A model generated the notes under the pieces. That model was not told the DNA's origin, did not search any database, and worked only from the letters and a program-made list of their open reading frames with translations. A stretch of 32,000 bases of DNA from Trichodesmium erythraeum IMS101. GTDB taxonomy: Bacteria > Cyanobacteriota > Cyanobacteriia > Cyanobacteriales > Microcoleaceae. Below, in pieces: positions 17,880 to 26,799 of the stretch. Where the stretch lies: contig NC_008312.1 of the NCBI RefSeq assembly GCF_000014265.1, forward strand, positions 2,940,001 to 2,972,000. The letters are read 5' to 3'. The stretch's first letter is position 1, and every line of letters begins with the position of its first letter. The translations under genes were made by a program, and so were the position numbers.

Positions 17880-18557
17880 CTACTGCTTAACTTTTAATAT
17901 TTAAATTTTAGAATATTTTTTGTAAGAACACAACATTGATTGGTTTTCATCTCAAAGCTCCCTTAAAGGAGAGCGCGGGTCTTTAAGCAAAATTGATATA
18001 AAGCTTAAAGTCTCATTCCTTTAATCTTAAATTATGTAGACTTACAGTTATAAACTATACTAAATATGAAAATTTAAATTAGTTCAAAGCATAATTATAT
18101 TGCTTTCTATATTTATTAATCATGCAGATGTTTAGATCAAATAATTTTCAGTATTCAAAGTAATTTTGGGAATTACAATAGTTAATAGTTATAAGTATAA
18201 ATTATAGAAATACTATTTATTATAGTACTGTTTTCTTATTTTATCACTGTAAGATTCATTATACTTAACTGCTTAATAATTGAAAAAATATTCAAAAAGC
18301 TTGTTATATAAAAAAATTGTAGCTATTGGAAATCAAACATAATAATTATTGCTTCTGTGTTTACTTGAACAATTTTTGTTACCTCTATTTAGCAACAACT
18401 TTCTTAAAGTTAAGCTGGTTTGTTTTTGAGCTATATGTTATAATATAAAAAATATTAAACTCAGGGCAATTTTTGATAATATGTAGTCTTAATTTGTACA
18501 TATAATTAATTATTGCTTACTCTAGAGATATTGTGCATTATAATTAAATATTGGAAA

Positions 18558-18603
18558 GTTGTTGGTCAACTTTATGATCAAAATACTTGAGCTGACCAAC
18601 AAC
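18558..18603. other. 11-bp inverted repeat (GTTGTTGGTCA ... TGACCAACAAC) with 24-nt spacer, about 85 nt downstream of hli
   Basis: Seen directly at 18558-18568 and 18593-18603. The long loop and weak T tract make it only a possible terminator. Confidence 0.3.
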
Positions 18604-18688
18604 AATCCTGTAAAAAATTAGAGGTAGACTCTAGCTTTAATATCTATTATAATATATATTTAAAAACTTAATGTAGATATTCAGAGCC

Positions 18689-18859
18689 CTAATTGAGACC
18701 CAACCAAGAGAGCAAACCTTCTCCAGTAAAGTATTCGATTGCTAAAGTCAATACAAAACCAATCATTGCTGCTCTACCATTCAGGCGTTCTGCGTACTGG
18801 TTAAACCCAAATTTTGGCTCATCCAAGTTAGGTGTATTAGTAGGTTGTGGTTGTTTCAT
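18689..18859 (-). CDS. hli: High-light-inducible protein (HLIP / one-helix CAB-like protein), 56 aa
   Basis: Below the ORF-track size cutoff. The reverse strand reads MKQPQPTNTPNLDEPKFGFNQYAERLNGRAAMIGFVLTLAIEYFTGEGLLSWLGLN*. FGFN.YAE..NGR.AMIGF......E is the chlorophyll-binding HLIP/CAB motif. Confidence 0.88.
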   Translation of the reverse strand: MKQPQPTNTPNLDEPKFGFNQYAERLNGRAAMIGFVLTLAIEYFTGEGLLSWLGLN

Positions 18860-19028
18860 TATCAATTGGCCTTAAAATTAATAGTGTTTGCAAATAGAGT
18901 TGTTTGTTTATAATTATTAAGTATATTTTAAAAGGAGTCGACCCAGTGTCAATATCTCTGTGCAAAAATTTTAGCGAGAGAGTCGAGAAGCTCCACAATT
19001 AAAGTTTTCACCGAAAAATTTGGTAAGT

Positions 19029-19595
19029 ATGTCAAATTCATTAGACTCCCCTTCTTCCTTACCACCTGCAGTCGAACAAGTAGCCAAAGCTCTGCGACTA
19101 GGTGGATGGATTTGTTTTTGGGTACAACTTGTCCTCGGTATGGTTTCAGGTATAATTTTTATTTTTGCTGTAGGTTTACTAAGCCAGAATACTGGAGCTG
19201 GCACAGGAGGTGGACTATTTTTTGCAGTTTGTAGTCTTGTGGTACTAGGATTCAGTATTTTCTTGTCATTTCGGTATACCCGCTTAGCAAGGCAATTGCG
19301 ATCACAAATATCTTCTTTAAGGCCAAGCAGGGCAGATACAACTCAAAAAGTAAAAAGGACTTTAATTATTAACTTAGTTGGGATGAGTCTAGCTTTATTA
19401 GGAGGAGAAGCAATTGGAGGTATTTTATTAGGCAAATCCTTAGTGAGTAAGTCATTTGTATTTAACCCTACAGAACTAGAAAAATTTACACTAGATATTT
19501 TTATACTCTTGGGTAATACTCACATAATTGTAGCTCATTTTATTGGGATTATAGTAGGGCTATTTTTGCTTGATAGGGTTTACAACAAGCAGTGA
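19029..19595 (+). CDS. Four-TM membrane protein, DUF3611-like (family containing plant TIC21/PIC1 homologues)
   Basis: The track ORF starts at TTG 19020; the first ATG is 19029. Four hydrophobic helices are present (GGWICFWVQLVLGMVSGIIFIFAV, LFFAVCSLVVLGFSIFLSF, LIINLVGMSLALLGGEAIGGILLG, HIIVAHFIGIIVGLFLL). The RLGGWI.FWVQLVL start is as I recall for this conserved cyanobacterial family. Confidence 0.65.
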   Translation: MSNSLDSPSSLPPAVEQVAKALRLGGWICFWVQLVLGMVSGIIFIFAVGLLSQNTGAGTGGGLFFAVCSLVVLGFSIFLSFRYTRLARQLRSQISSLRPSRADTTQKVKRTLIINLVGMSLALLGGEAIGGILLGKSLVSKSFVFNPTELEKFTLDIFILLGNTHIIVAHFIGIIVGLFLLDRVYNKQ

Positions 19596-20959
19596 AGTTG
19601 ACAATAGTTTTCTATTTTGGATATCCTCAAAACTATCTTGAAAGCCTACGATAATATGAATATTTTTTTTAGTGATTGATTGCCTCAGTAGTCTTAATTA
19701 TTAATCACTTCTATAGAAAAATATTTTGAGAGACAATGCACATTGGTAGAAGAAAAGTATATTAATAATGGATATATCAACTTGATAGCTTTTTACCCAA
19801 TCCTAATCTCTCTAAAAACTAAATTTGTTTGTAGATTGCTCAAGAATTGTATAACCTTATTCTCAACTTATACTCTCAGGTTTTTTAGGAAAGTTTTCTC
19901 TTTCTTGTTATGACTGACTGTGTCGGGTCAAATCTCTCGGAGGGTTCGTTATAGTTACTTACCATTAGCACTCATTCATTTGTTAAGTTTGAGTAGGTTT
20001 AGTAGTTTGCTGGTTTGGTGGTATGGAGCAAAGATAGTTAGTAGGTTTGCTGATAGGGAGCAAAGATAGAAAATTATTGAAGTAAAAACTTATTGAGAAA
20101 AACCCGGGCTAAAATTGATGCATTTGGTAGTAAGGTATTATCAATTTTTTAATTCTTTAACTCTTAACCTGAAACCTGAAACCTGAAATATGATATCTTA
20201 AATCAACAACGAATTCTATTTTATAGAAACTCGGAATTATATCCTATATTCGAGTAGTTACTGACTGAATATTTCATATCCTAGAGAGTTTATTACCTAC
20301 CTTCCTTCGTGTTTGTGAATGTATCAGTTTGAGTTGGAGGTATTGTTTCTGGTAACTGGTATTTTCCCGGGGTTTAATTTAACTTCAGAGATTGATGTTC
20401 AGTTACTATTCTGTGGACTATGCTGTCAACCCAACAACAGAACAGTATAAGATTTCAGCCTACTTGGTCATAAGAGTTATTTATAAGTCGAGGTTGTCCT
20501 GATATATTGATTTAGAACGGTCATTTATATCCTAATTACAGGTGTTGTAGCTAATGGGTAGTACTTTGAAGTTAGTATTATACCAAATCCGCTTTAATAA
20601 GAAGATAGATATTTACAAAATTCAAAACTCTTGCTTAACAAAGATTTGGGTATCTATACCACTTTTAGTTATTAATCCGGAATCAATACTAACTCACAGA
20701 ATAAATTACTTAGATTACTCCTATTAAGTAAAAATAGAACTACAACCATAGCCATGGAATTTAAACTTGCATCTAGCTATTTTTTTTACATATCTTCGAT
20801 AAAATCTGATAATGGATAGATCGAGATAGTTAGCGATCGCTACCCACTCAAATTAAAATCGAAGTCAAAAGCAAAAATAGTCAAGTTTACAGTCTTATAT
20901 TCAGAAACTTAAAATAGGAAAAATTAATCTCCAAAAATAAAAGTCAGGTTCAATAAAAC

Positions 20960-21700
20960 ATGAGTACAAACCTAGCTACTACTATAGAATTAGAAACTTC
21001 AACTGAATCAATCATCCTATCTAGAAACTCTGATAATACAGACACTAATCTATCAGAAAATAACTACAATTTATCTCAAGAGTTTGAACCAAAAAGATAT
21101 CTACTAAAATGGAATAAAAAGCCGACAAAAGCAGAACAAGAAGCTTTGTTGCTTGAGGAAAGAAATACATATCTACAGGAACTAGGCGAAAAACTACAAA
21201 AAGCGCGAAAAATGCGTTGTTTATCAATAAAACAAATTCATAAACAAACTTTCGTGCCACTTCATTATATAGAAGCAATAGAGAAAGGTGAAACCGAAAA
21301 ATTACCAGAAGATATATATCTTCGGGGATTCATCTTTCATCTTGGCAATGCTTTAGGATTTGATGGAGTAACTTTAGCAGCAGCCTTACCTATTTCCAAT
21401 TCACTTCAAGGTTTAATTCCATCTTGGTCTGAGTCCAATAAAGGCTTTGGATTTTATCTACATCCAGCTTACTTATATTTAGGTTATGCAGCTTTAATAG
21501 CTGGAGCAGTAGGTGGACTAAATTGGATATCTCAACAACCAAGTCCTGAAGCAAATCTGATTCGGAAGACAATAGAACCTCCTAATTTAGCTGCCCATTC
21601 AAATCAGCATTTAGAAACGACTCAAAGACCAGGATTAAAATACACTAAAGATAGTCTAGTTGTTGGTTCTGATATAGCTCCACCAGAAACAATGATTTAA
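20960..21700 (+). CDS. RodZ-like helix-turn-helix (HTH_25-type) membrane-anchored protein
   Basis: [61 protein letters not shown] matches the RodZ N-terminal HTH pattern. A single TM helix follows ([20 protein letters not shown]). No obvious DUF4115-type C-terminal domain. Confidence 0.7.
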   Translation: MSTNLATTIELETSTESIILSRNSDNTDTNLSENNYNLSQEFEPKRYLLKWNKKPTKAEQEALLLEERNTYLQELGEKLQKARKMRCLSIKQIHKQTFVPLHYIEAIEKGETEKLPEDIYLRGFIFHLGNALGFDGVTLAAALPISNSLQGLIPSWSESNKGFGFYLHPAYLYLGYAALIAGAVGGLNWISQQPSPEANLIRKTIEPPNLAAHSNQHLETTQRPGLKYTKDSLVVGSDIAPPETMI

Positions 21701-22827
21701 TTTGTCAGCAAAAGATTATTTCTATGTACAACTGTTTCAGCTCCCACATAGCCCAAAATATCAGATATATTTTCTGAGCGACAACCTAGAATTTTTTGCA
21801 ATTCAATACTGCTGTAGTTCACAAGTCCCCTAGCTATTTCCTGGCCTTTTTCATTGCATAGTTTGACAGCATCCGATGAATTAAATTCTCCTTCTACTTG
21901 AATAATACCAGCAGCTAATAGAGATTTACCATACTCAGAAATTGCCTTAACTGCACCTTGGTCTAGATATAGTTGGCCTGCTGGAACTAAAACATTGGCA
22001 ATCCAATGTTTGCGACCATTGACTTGTTCTGGTTGAGGTTCAAACTGAGTACCTATAGATTCTCCATTGAGGATTTTTTGTATATTAGTGGGTACTTTAC
22101 CATCAGTAATTACAGTTCGGACTCCAGCAGAAGTAGCAATTTTAGCAGCCTCAATTTTTGTAACCATTCCCCCAGTTCCTCGTCCACTAACAGACTCTCC
22201 AACTTGAACTTTAAGTTCTTTGAGTTGTTCTATTTCCCCTACTAAGGTAATGGGTAAAGCATCTGGATTTTTTCTCGGGTCGGCGGAGTATAATCTATCG
22301 ACATCAGTTAGTATGAATAACCAATCAGCCTCTACTAGACTGGCAACTAAAGCTGATAGAGTATCATTGTCCCCAAAATTTAGCTCTTCAACAGCAGTGG
22401 TATCATTTTCATTCACTATTGGGACTACACCTAGTCGAAAAAGTTGTTGAAATGTGTTGTAGGCATTGACATAACTACTACGTCGTGACAGGTCACTTTT
22501 TGTTAATAAAATCTGGGCAACTGTTTGTTGCAAAGATGAAAACAAGTCATTGTAAACTCGCATTATTTGTCCTTGACCTACTGCTGCTATGGCTTGTTTC
22601 ATAGAAATATTTCGAGGCTTTTTGGTTAGTCCTAATATATCGCAACCTACACCAACAGCTCCAGAAGATACTAAAACTACTTGATATCCCTGCTGACGTA
22701 AATTGATAATAGTTTCAATTAAGCTAGAAATTGTAGATAAGGCTAAATTTCCGGTTTCTGAATTAGTTAGGCTAGAAGTGCCTATTTTGATCACTATTGT
22801 ATTCATAGAAATAATTGAATTTTCCAC
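21697..22827 (-). CDS. proB: Glutamate 5-kinase with C-terminal PUA domain
   Basis: 376 aa with [56 protein letters not shown], and a PUA-like tail ([11 protein letters not shown]...[14 protein letters not shown]...D.V.L). Confidence 0.92.
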   Translation of the reverse strand: MENSIISMNTIVIKIGTSSLTNSETGNLALSTISSLIETIINLRQQGYQVVLVSSGAVGVGCDILGLTKKPRNISMKQAIAAVGQGQIMRVYNDLFSSLQQTVAQILLTKSDLSRRSSYVNAYNTFQQLFRLGVVPIVNENDTTAVEELNFGDNDTLSALVASLVEADWLFILTDVDRLYSADPRKNPDALPITLVGEIEQLKELKVQVGESVSGRGTGGMVTKIEAAKIATSAGVRTVITDGKVPTNIQKILNGESIGTQFEPQPEQVNGRKHWIANVLVPAGQLYLDQGAVKAISEYGKSLLAAGIIQVEGEFNSSDAVKLCNEKGQEIARGLVNYSSIELQKILGCRSENISDILGYVGAETVVHRNNLLLTN

Positions 22828-22993
22828 TACTAATTCTCAAGCAAAAAATCAGCTTTGAACTAATTACAAAATATTAATTATTACAATCTCTTGTATAGTT
22901 AGCATTGTCAATAATTTCTGATTGATTCTCATGCAAACAACTCCCTCAAGATGATAAAAAATGGGGTTTTTGATTGAGAATATATAGTGCTTT

Positions 22994-23002
22994 TGGTATA
23001 AT
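22994..23002 (+). promoter_or_regulatory. Extended -10-like element TGGTATAAT
   Basis: Exact TGnTATAAT in the 760-bp proB/oxidoreductase intergenic region. The identical 9-mer recurs at 23391. Confidence 0.25.
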
Positions 23003-23390
23003 TTTACTGAGTGGATAAAATACTATTATAAATTCCTAAATCTTGTTTGTATAGCACTTGCTCCCAGATTTCATGCCCTCATAATTTTTCATTATAATAA
23101 TGGGGATGAGATAGTTAAAAATCATTGTTAACTCTCTTGAGCACTAGATATAATAGGTCAAAATTAATCTAGTTTCTATTTATCAAAGTAAATATATTTA
23201 TAAAATACTACTAATGGTTGTATTTTTATGGCCATGAAGCAAGTAATTGAGGACTTTACAGATTTATAACTTGAGAATCCCAAGCTTTTTATTGGAAAAA
23301 AAGGGTAAGGTCAAAGATTCTCAACTCAAAAATACTATTACTAATTTTGACAATTAGAAACTAGTAAATCCATGTTTTTTTAAGATTATG

Positions 23391-23399
23391 TGGTATAAT
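23391..23399 (+). promoter_or_regulatory. Extended -10-like element TGGTATAAT, about 190 nt upstream of the oxidoreductase ATG
   Basis: Exact TGnTATAAT on the coding strand of the downstream gene. Confidence 0.3.
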
Positions 23400-23590
23400 A
23401 TCATTCTTTAATGTTTGTTATCGAAAAATTATCATCATCGACACTCCCTAAAAATTGGAAAACCTAAATAGAATTTCATAGCACTAGCTTCAACTAGCAA
23501 ATTAAGATAAATTTGCAAAGACTAAACAAAACAAATCTTTAGTCTAATTAGTTAGGTGTGCTGGAGGATAATCTAGGAGTGCTAAATAGA

Positions 23591-24661
23591 ATGTCAACAC
23601 TATATTCAACTGATTTTACCAAAAATAGTCAAGCAAAACTACTTCGTGTAGGGGTAATTGGGGTCGGTAATATGGGGCAGCATCATACCCGTGTCCTAAG
23701 CTTGCTCAAAGATACTGAATTAGTAGGTGTAGCAGATATCAATGTTGAAAGGGGACTAGATACTGCCAGTAAGTATGGAGTTCGTTTTTTTGAGGAGTAT
23801 CAAGAGCTTTTGCCTCATGTTGATGCTGTCTGTGTCGCTGTGCCCACTCTTCAACATTATGCTGTAGGAATGACCTGCTTAAAGGCGGGAGTTCATGTAC
23901 TAATGGAAAAACCCATCGCTGCCAGTATTGGTGAGGCGGAGTTTTTGGTTAATACTGCTGCTGAAACAAATAGAATTTTACAGGTGGGTCATATAGAAAG
24001 GTTTAATCCTGCTTTTCAAGAACTCAGTAAAGTTCTGAAAACGGAAGAATTACTGGCCTTGGAAGCTCATCGGATGAGTCCTTATTCTCATAGGGCTAAT
24101 GATGTGTCTGTAGTGTTGGACTTGATGATTCATGATATTGATTTATTACTAGAGTTGGTGGCTGCCCCAGTTGTCAAACTGACTGCTAGTGGTAGTAGTG
24201 CTTCTAGTTCGGGAAATTTAGATTACGTTACGGCTACTCTTGGCTTTGCTAATGGTATTGTGGCTACTTTAACGGCCAGTAAGGTGACACATAAAAAACT
24301 TCGTTCCATCGTTGCCCACTGTAAAAATTCTTTGACAGAGGCAGATTTTCTCAACAATGAAATTCTGATTCACCGTCAAACAACAGGAGATTATGTGACT
24401 GACTATGGTCAGGTTCTTTATCGTCAGGATGGTTTAATTGAAAGGGTTTATACTAGCAATATTGAACCTCTTCATGCAGAATTAGAGCATTTTGTTTATT
24501 GTGTAGGTGGAGGAAATAAACCTTCAGTTGGAGGAGAACAAGCTCTTAAGGCATTAAGATTAGGTAGTTTGATTGAGAAAATAGCTATTGATGATTTGGC
24601 TTACCATCCAGTAGATTCAGAATTTAATTTGTTGAATAATTCTATGCTGAAAGTGGGGTAA
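23591..24661 (+). CDS. Gfo/Idh/MocA-family NAD(P)-dependent oxidoreductase
   Basis: Rossmann start RVGVIGVGNMGQHHTRVL, the EKP motif (VLMEKPIA) and GHIERFNP. The track start is GTG 23558; the first ATG (23591, AGGAG 11 nt upstream) is preferred. Confidence 0.85.
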   Translation: MSTLYSTDFTKNSQAKLLRVGVIGVGNMGQHHTRVLSLLKDTELVGVADINVERGLDTASKYGVRFFEEYQELLPHVDAVCVAVPTLQHYAVGMTCLKAGVHVLMEKPIAASIGEAEFLVNTAAETNRILQVGHIERFNPAFQELSKVLKTEELLALEAHRMSPYSHRANDVSVVLDLMIHDIDLLLELVAAPVVKLTASGSSASSSGNLDYVTATLGFANGIVATLTASKVTHKKLRSIVAHCKNSLTEADFLNNEILIHRQTTGDYVTDYGQVLYRQDGLIERVYTSNIEPLHAELEHFVYCVGGGNKPSVGGEQALKALRLGSLIEKIAIDDLAYHPVDSEFNLLNNSMLKVG

Positions 24662-25490
24662 AATATTTTGATAATTCTACTAGGAATTTTTGCTAATAAA
24701 TATTATACTAAATCTCAAAAGTATTGCTATGTATTTTTGAGGTTAGGATGGAATATTGTATCCAACAATTATTTGGGTATTAGGGTTTTACCGAATAATA
24801 TATTCTCGCTAAATTTCTATAATTGTTAAAGGTATTACTGAACTTTACTTATTACTTAATAGCTGAAGTTTTGGTCAATTTTCCTATTATTTTTGGGAAT
24901 TAGTATGATTTTTGGCTGATTTTTTTATATATTACTCCGCCTATATTGATAGATTTAGGCGGATTTTTATGCAAGGAAAGTAACCTTGTTAGTTTAAATA
25001 GCTCCTAATACCAAGTGTGATAAATATTTGCTACAAATGACTAGGAAATTTATGAGGAATTAGGAATTAGAATTAATGGTTTCAATACCTAATACCATTT
25101 TTTAATTTTCAGGTGAGAAATTATCTGTTTTTGCCAAAGAAAAATTTCCTGTAAAGTATTTCATTTAATATGAAATGACTATAGCAGTTCTTTCATCTAT
25201 GAGGTACAGTTTTAGATACCCCTGCTCTCCTTTTTAAGCTATCCCTGATCGGGAACTACTGATACCCTTTTCTTTTCTGGTAGTGACATGGGGACATAGC
25301 CTTAAGCCCGACTTTAGATAGGAACAGGTGGAAGAGCGATCGCTATTTTCACATAGGGAAAAAAATATCTTGGGAAAAACCTATGTTTAAATACATTTAC
25401 TATTGAGAAATATTCAATTTATAGTAAATTTGTAACTTCTTTCTTTTGTCAAGTTTGACATTAAAAAATATTTTTATAAACCATAGCTAA

Positions 25491-25522
25491 AAAAGAGAGG
25501 CTTAAAAGCAGCCTCTCTTTTT
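25491..25522. terminator. Bidirectional rho-independent terminator
   Basis: aaaaaGAGAGGCT-taaaagc-AGCCTCTCtttttt has an A-run upstream and a T-run downstream. It lies about 150 nt downstream of the MIF-like gene (minus strand). Confidence 0.7.
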
Positions 25523-25670
25523 TAGGGAGAAAACAGGGAATCATAAACGCACCTCATAACTGGGGGAATTGCTATATAAGTATTAAAATTCTTTAATAAA
25601 TTACTTTTGACTTATGACTTTTTAGTTGCCCGTAGCCTTATAATTTCCTCAAAAAAATCAGGAAAAGTTA

Positions 25671-26024
25671 TCAAAAAGTTGAACTATTCCAACCCCAAAG
25701 ATAACCTTGAGCATCAGAAAATTCTATATAGATTCGATTTTTAGGAACCCCGAGAGTTTTATTAATTTGTTCACAAAAATCTTGACTCATTTCTTTGGTT
25801 TGGTTAGGCTTCATACTACCAATACTTTTAATTTCTATGTAGCAAGTCGGCTCATCACTATTTCCACCAAAAGTCATGGGAATATCAGATTCAAAGGCTG
25901 TCATTACGTAAGATTCTGATTTACTAAAATGCTTGGCCATACTAGATGAAAGTTGTTTGAGAAGGTTGTCAATTTTATCTTTTTCTAGTTGGGCAACGGA
26001 AGTTTTGACTTTGATTAATGGCAT
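25671..26024 (-). CDS. MIF / tautomerase-superfamily protein (macrophage migration inhibitory factor-like), 117 aa
   Basis: Start moved to M19 of the track ORF so that the product begins MPLIKVKTS (catalytic Pro-1). It aligns by eye with MIF: ..MTFGG.S.P.CYIEIKSIG......N...S...C..I...LG.P..RIYI.F.D.....WGWN.STF. Confidence 0.8.
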   Translation of the reverse strand: MPLIKVKTSVAQLEKDKIDNLLKQLSSSMAKHFSKSESYVMTAFESDIPMTFGGNSDEPTCYIEIKSIGSMKPNQTKEMSQDFCEQINKTLGVPKNRIYIEFSDAQGYLWGWNSSTF

Positions 26025-26150
26025 AGTTCGATTAATAGTTGAGGATGAACAAAATAAACTATTTACGTAGGTCTTCAATTATAAAAGTTAACTAATCAAT
26101 TGTCTATAATAGACCTAAAGAAAGGAAGGGAAAACACATAGAAAAAATAT

Positions 26151-26789
26151 ATGAATATCAAACGGGCATTGAAAAGTATAACTAAGGGAGTTTCGACCTT
26201 TGCTGGACCTCTGGGGGCTCCTTTTGAAGCATTGCTATATTTCGTTGAGGATAAACAAACACAAGAGCGTGAGGCTCAACTAGATGCAATGATCTTTGAG
26301 GTACAAAGTTTGAACCGTGAAACTCTTGAGGAGATATTTCAAGCTAGAGAGGAAATTAAGGAATTGAGGGCACAATTTATTTTGGCAATGGAAATTTGTT
26401 TTTCTATTTTAGCTGAAAACAGGAAATTGTTGTTTAGTCCAGATTTAGAACAAAATCTTCCTTTTTTTATTGAACCATATAAGGAACGGTTGGAAGCAAG
26501 TGGGTTGATTACTAATGATGTTTTGGCTGATGCACTTTATCATTGTTATGAAAAAGATGCTCGACTTTTTTTAGCACATATTTCTGCTGATTTTCCTGTG
26601 GGAGAACTTCGTAGTTATGAGGCTTTACCTGTTATTATTTCTGATTTTTTAACAAGATTTTCTGGTCAGGGATTAAATCAACAAGCTAAAATATTTAAGA
26701 CTTTAAGTAAGAAAAATCCAGGTAGTAGACCTTTAAGGGTAAAAAGCTTGATGCTTCAAGAACAAGTGATTAATCAAATAGGGAAGTGA
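26151..26789 (+). CDS. Hypothetical 212-aa protein: hydrophobic/amphipathic N-terminus, coiled-coil, C-terminal adaptor-like helical module shared with the next gene
   Basis: ORF 10 nt upstream of the next gene.
- N-terminus: KGVSTFAGPLGAPFEALLYFV
- Coiled-coil-like: QEREAQLDAMIFEVQSLNRETLEEIFQAREEIKELRAQ
- C-terminus: YEKDARLFLAHISADFPVGELRSYEALPVIISDFLTRFSGQGLNQQAKIFKTLSKKNPG, which parallels residues ~35-97 of the 1204-aa protein. Confidence 0.7.
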   Translation: MNIKRALKSITKGVSTFAGPLGAPFEALLYFVEDKQTQEREAQLDAMIFEVQSLNRETLEEIFQAREEIKELRAQFILAMEICFSILAENRKLLFSPDLEQNLPFFIEPYKERLEASGLITNDVLADALYHCYEKDARLFLAHISADFPVGELRSYEALPVIISDFLTRFSGQGLNQQAKIFKTLSKKNPGSRPLRVKSLMLQEQVINQIGK

Positions 26790-26799
26790 GAAAATATTT

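Noticed and set aside
18860-18960. HLR1-type (TTACAA-N2-TTACAA) high-light regulatory motif upstream of hli
   Set aside because: I looked on the gene's strand and found only weak A/C-rich direct repeats (aaacaaacaac), with no convincing HLR1 match.
18693-19204. Track ORFs 18693..18875 (+) and 18971..19204 (-)
   Set aside because: The first is antisense to the clear hli gene. The second overlaps the 5' end of the DUF3611-like gene and has no recognisable features.
20826-20865. Solo reverse-oriented copy of the 98-bp repeat junction (gcgatcgctacccactcaaattaaaatc versus gcgatcgctaccccacccactttatctaaaatc)
   Set aside because: The similarity is short and gapped, and much of it is the ubiquitous HIP1 context. 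It is not enough to call a dispersed copy without a genome-wide search.
21697-21700. Overlapping convergent stop codons of the RodZ-like gene and proB
   Set aside because: The overlap is real (TAA 21698-21700 against TAA on the minus strand at 21699-21697). Such overlaps are common in compact bacterial gene pairs and are not noteworthy.
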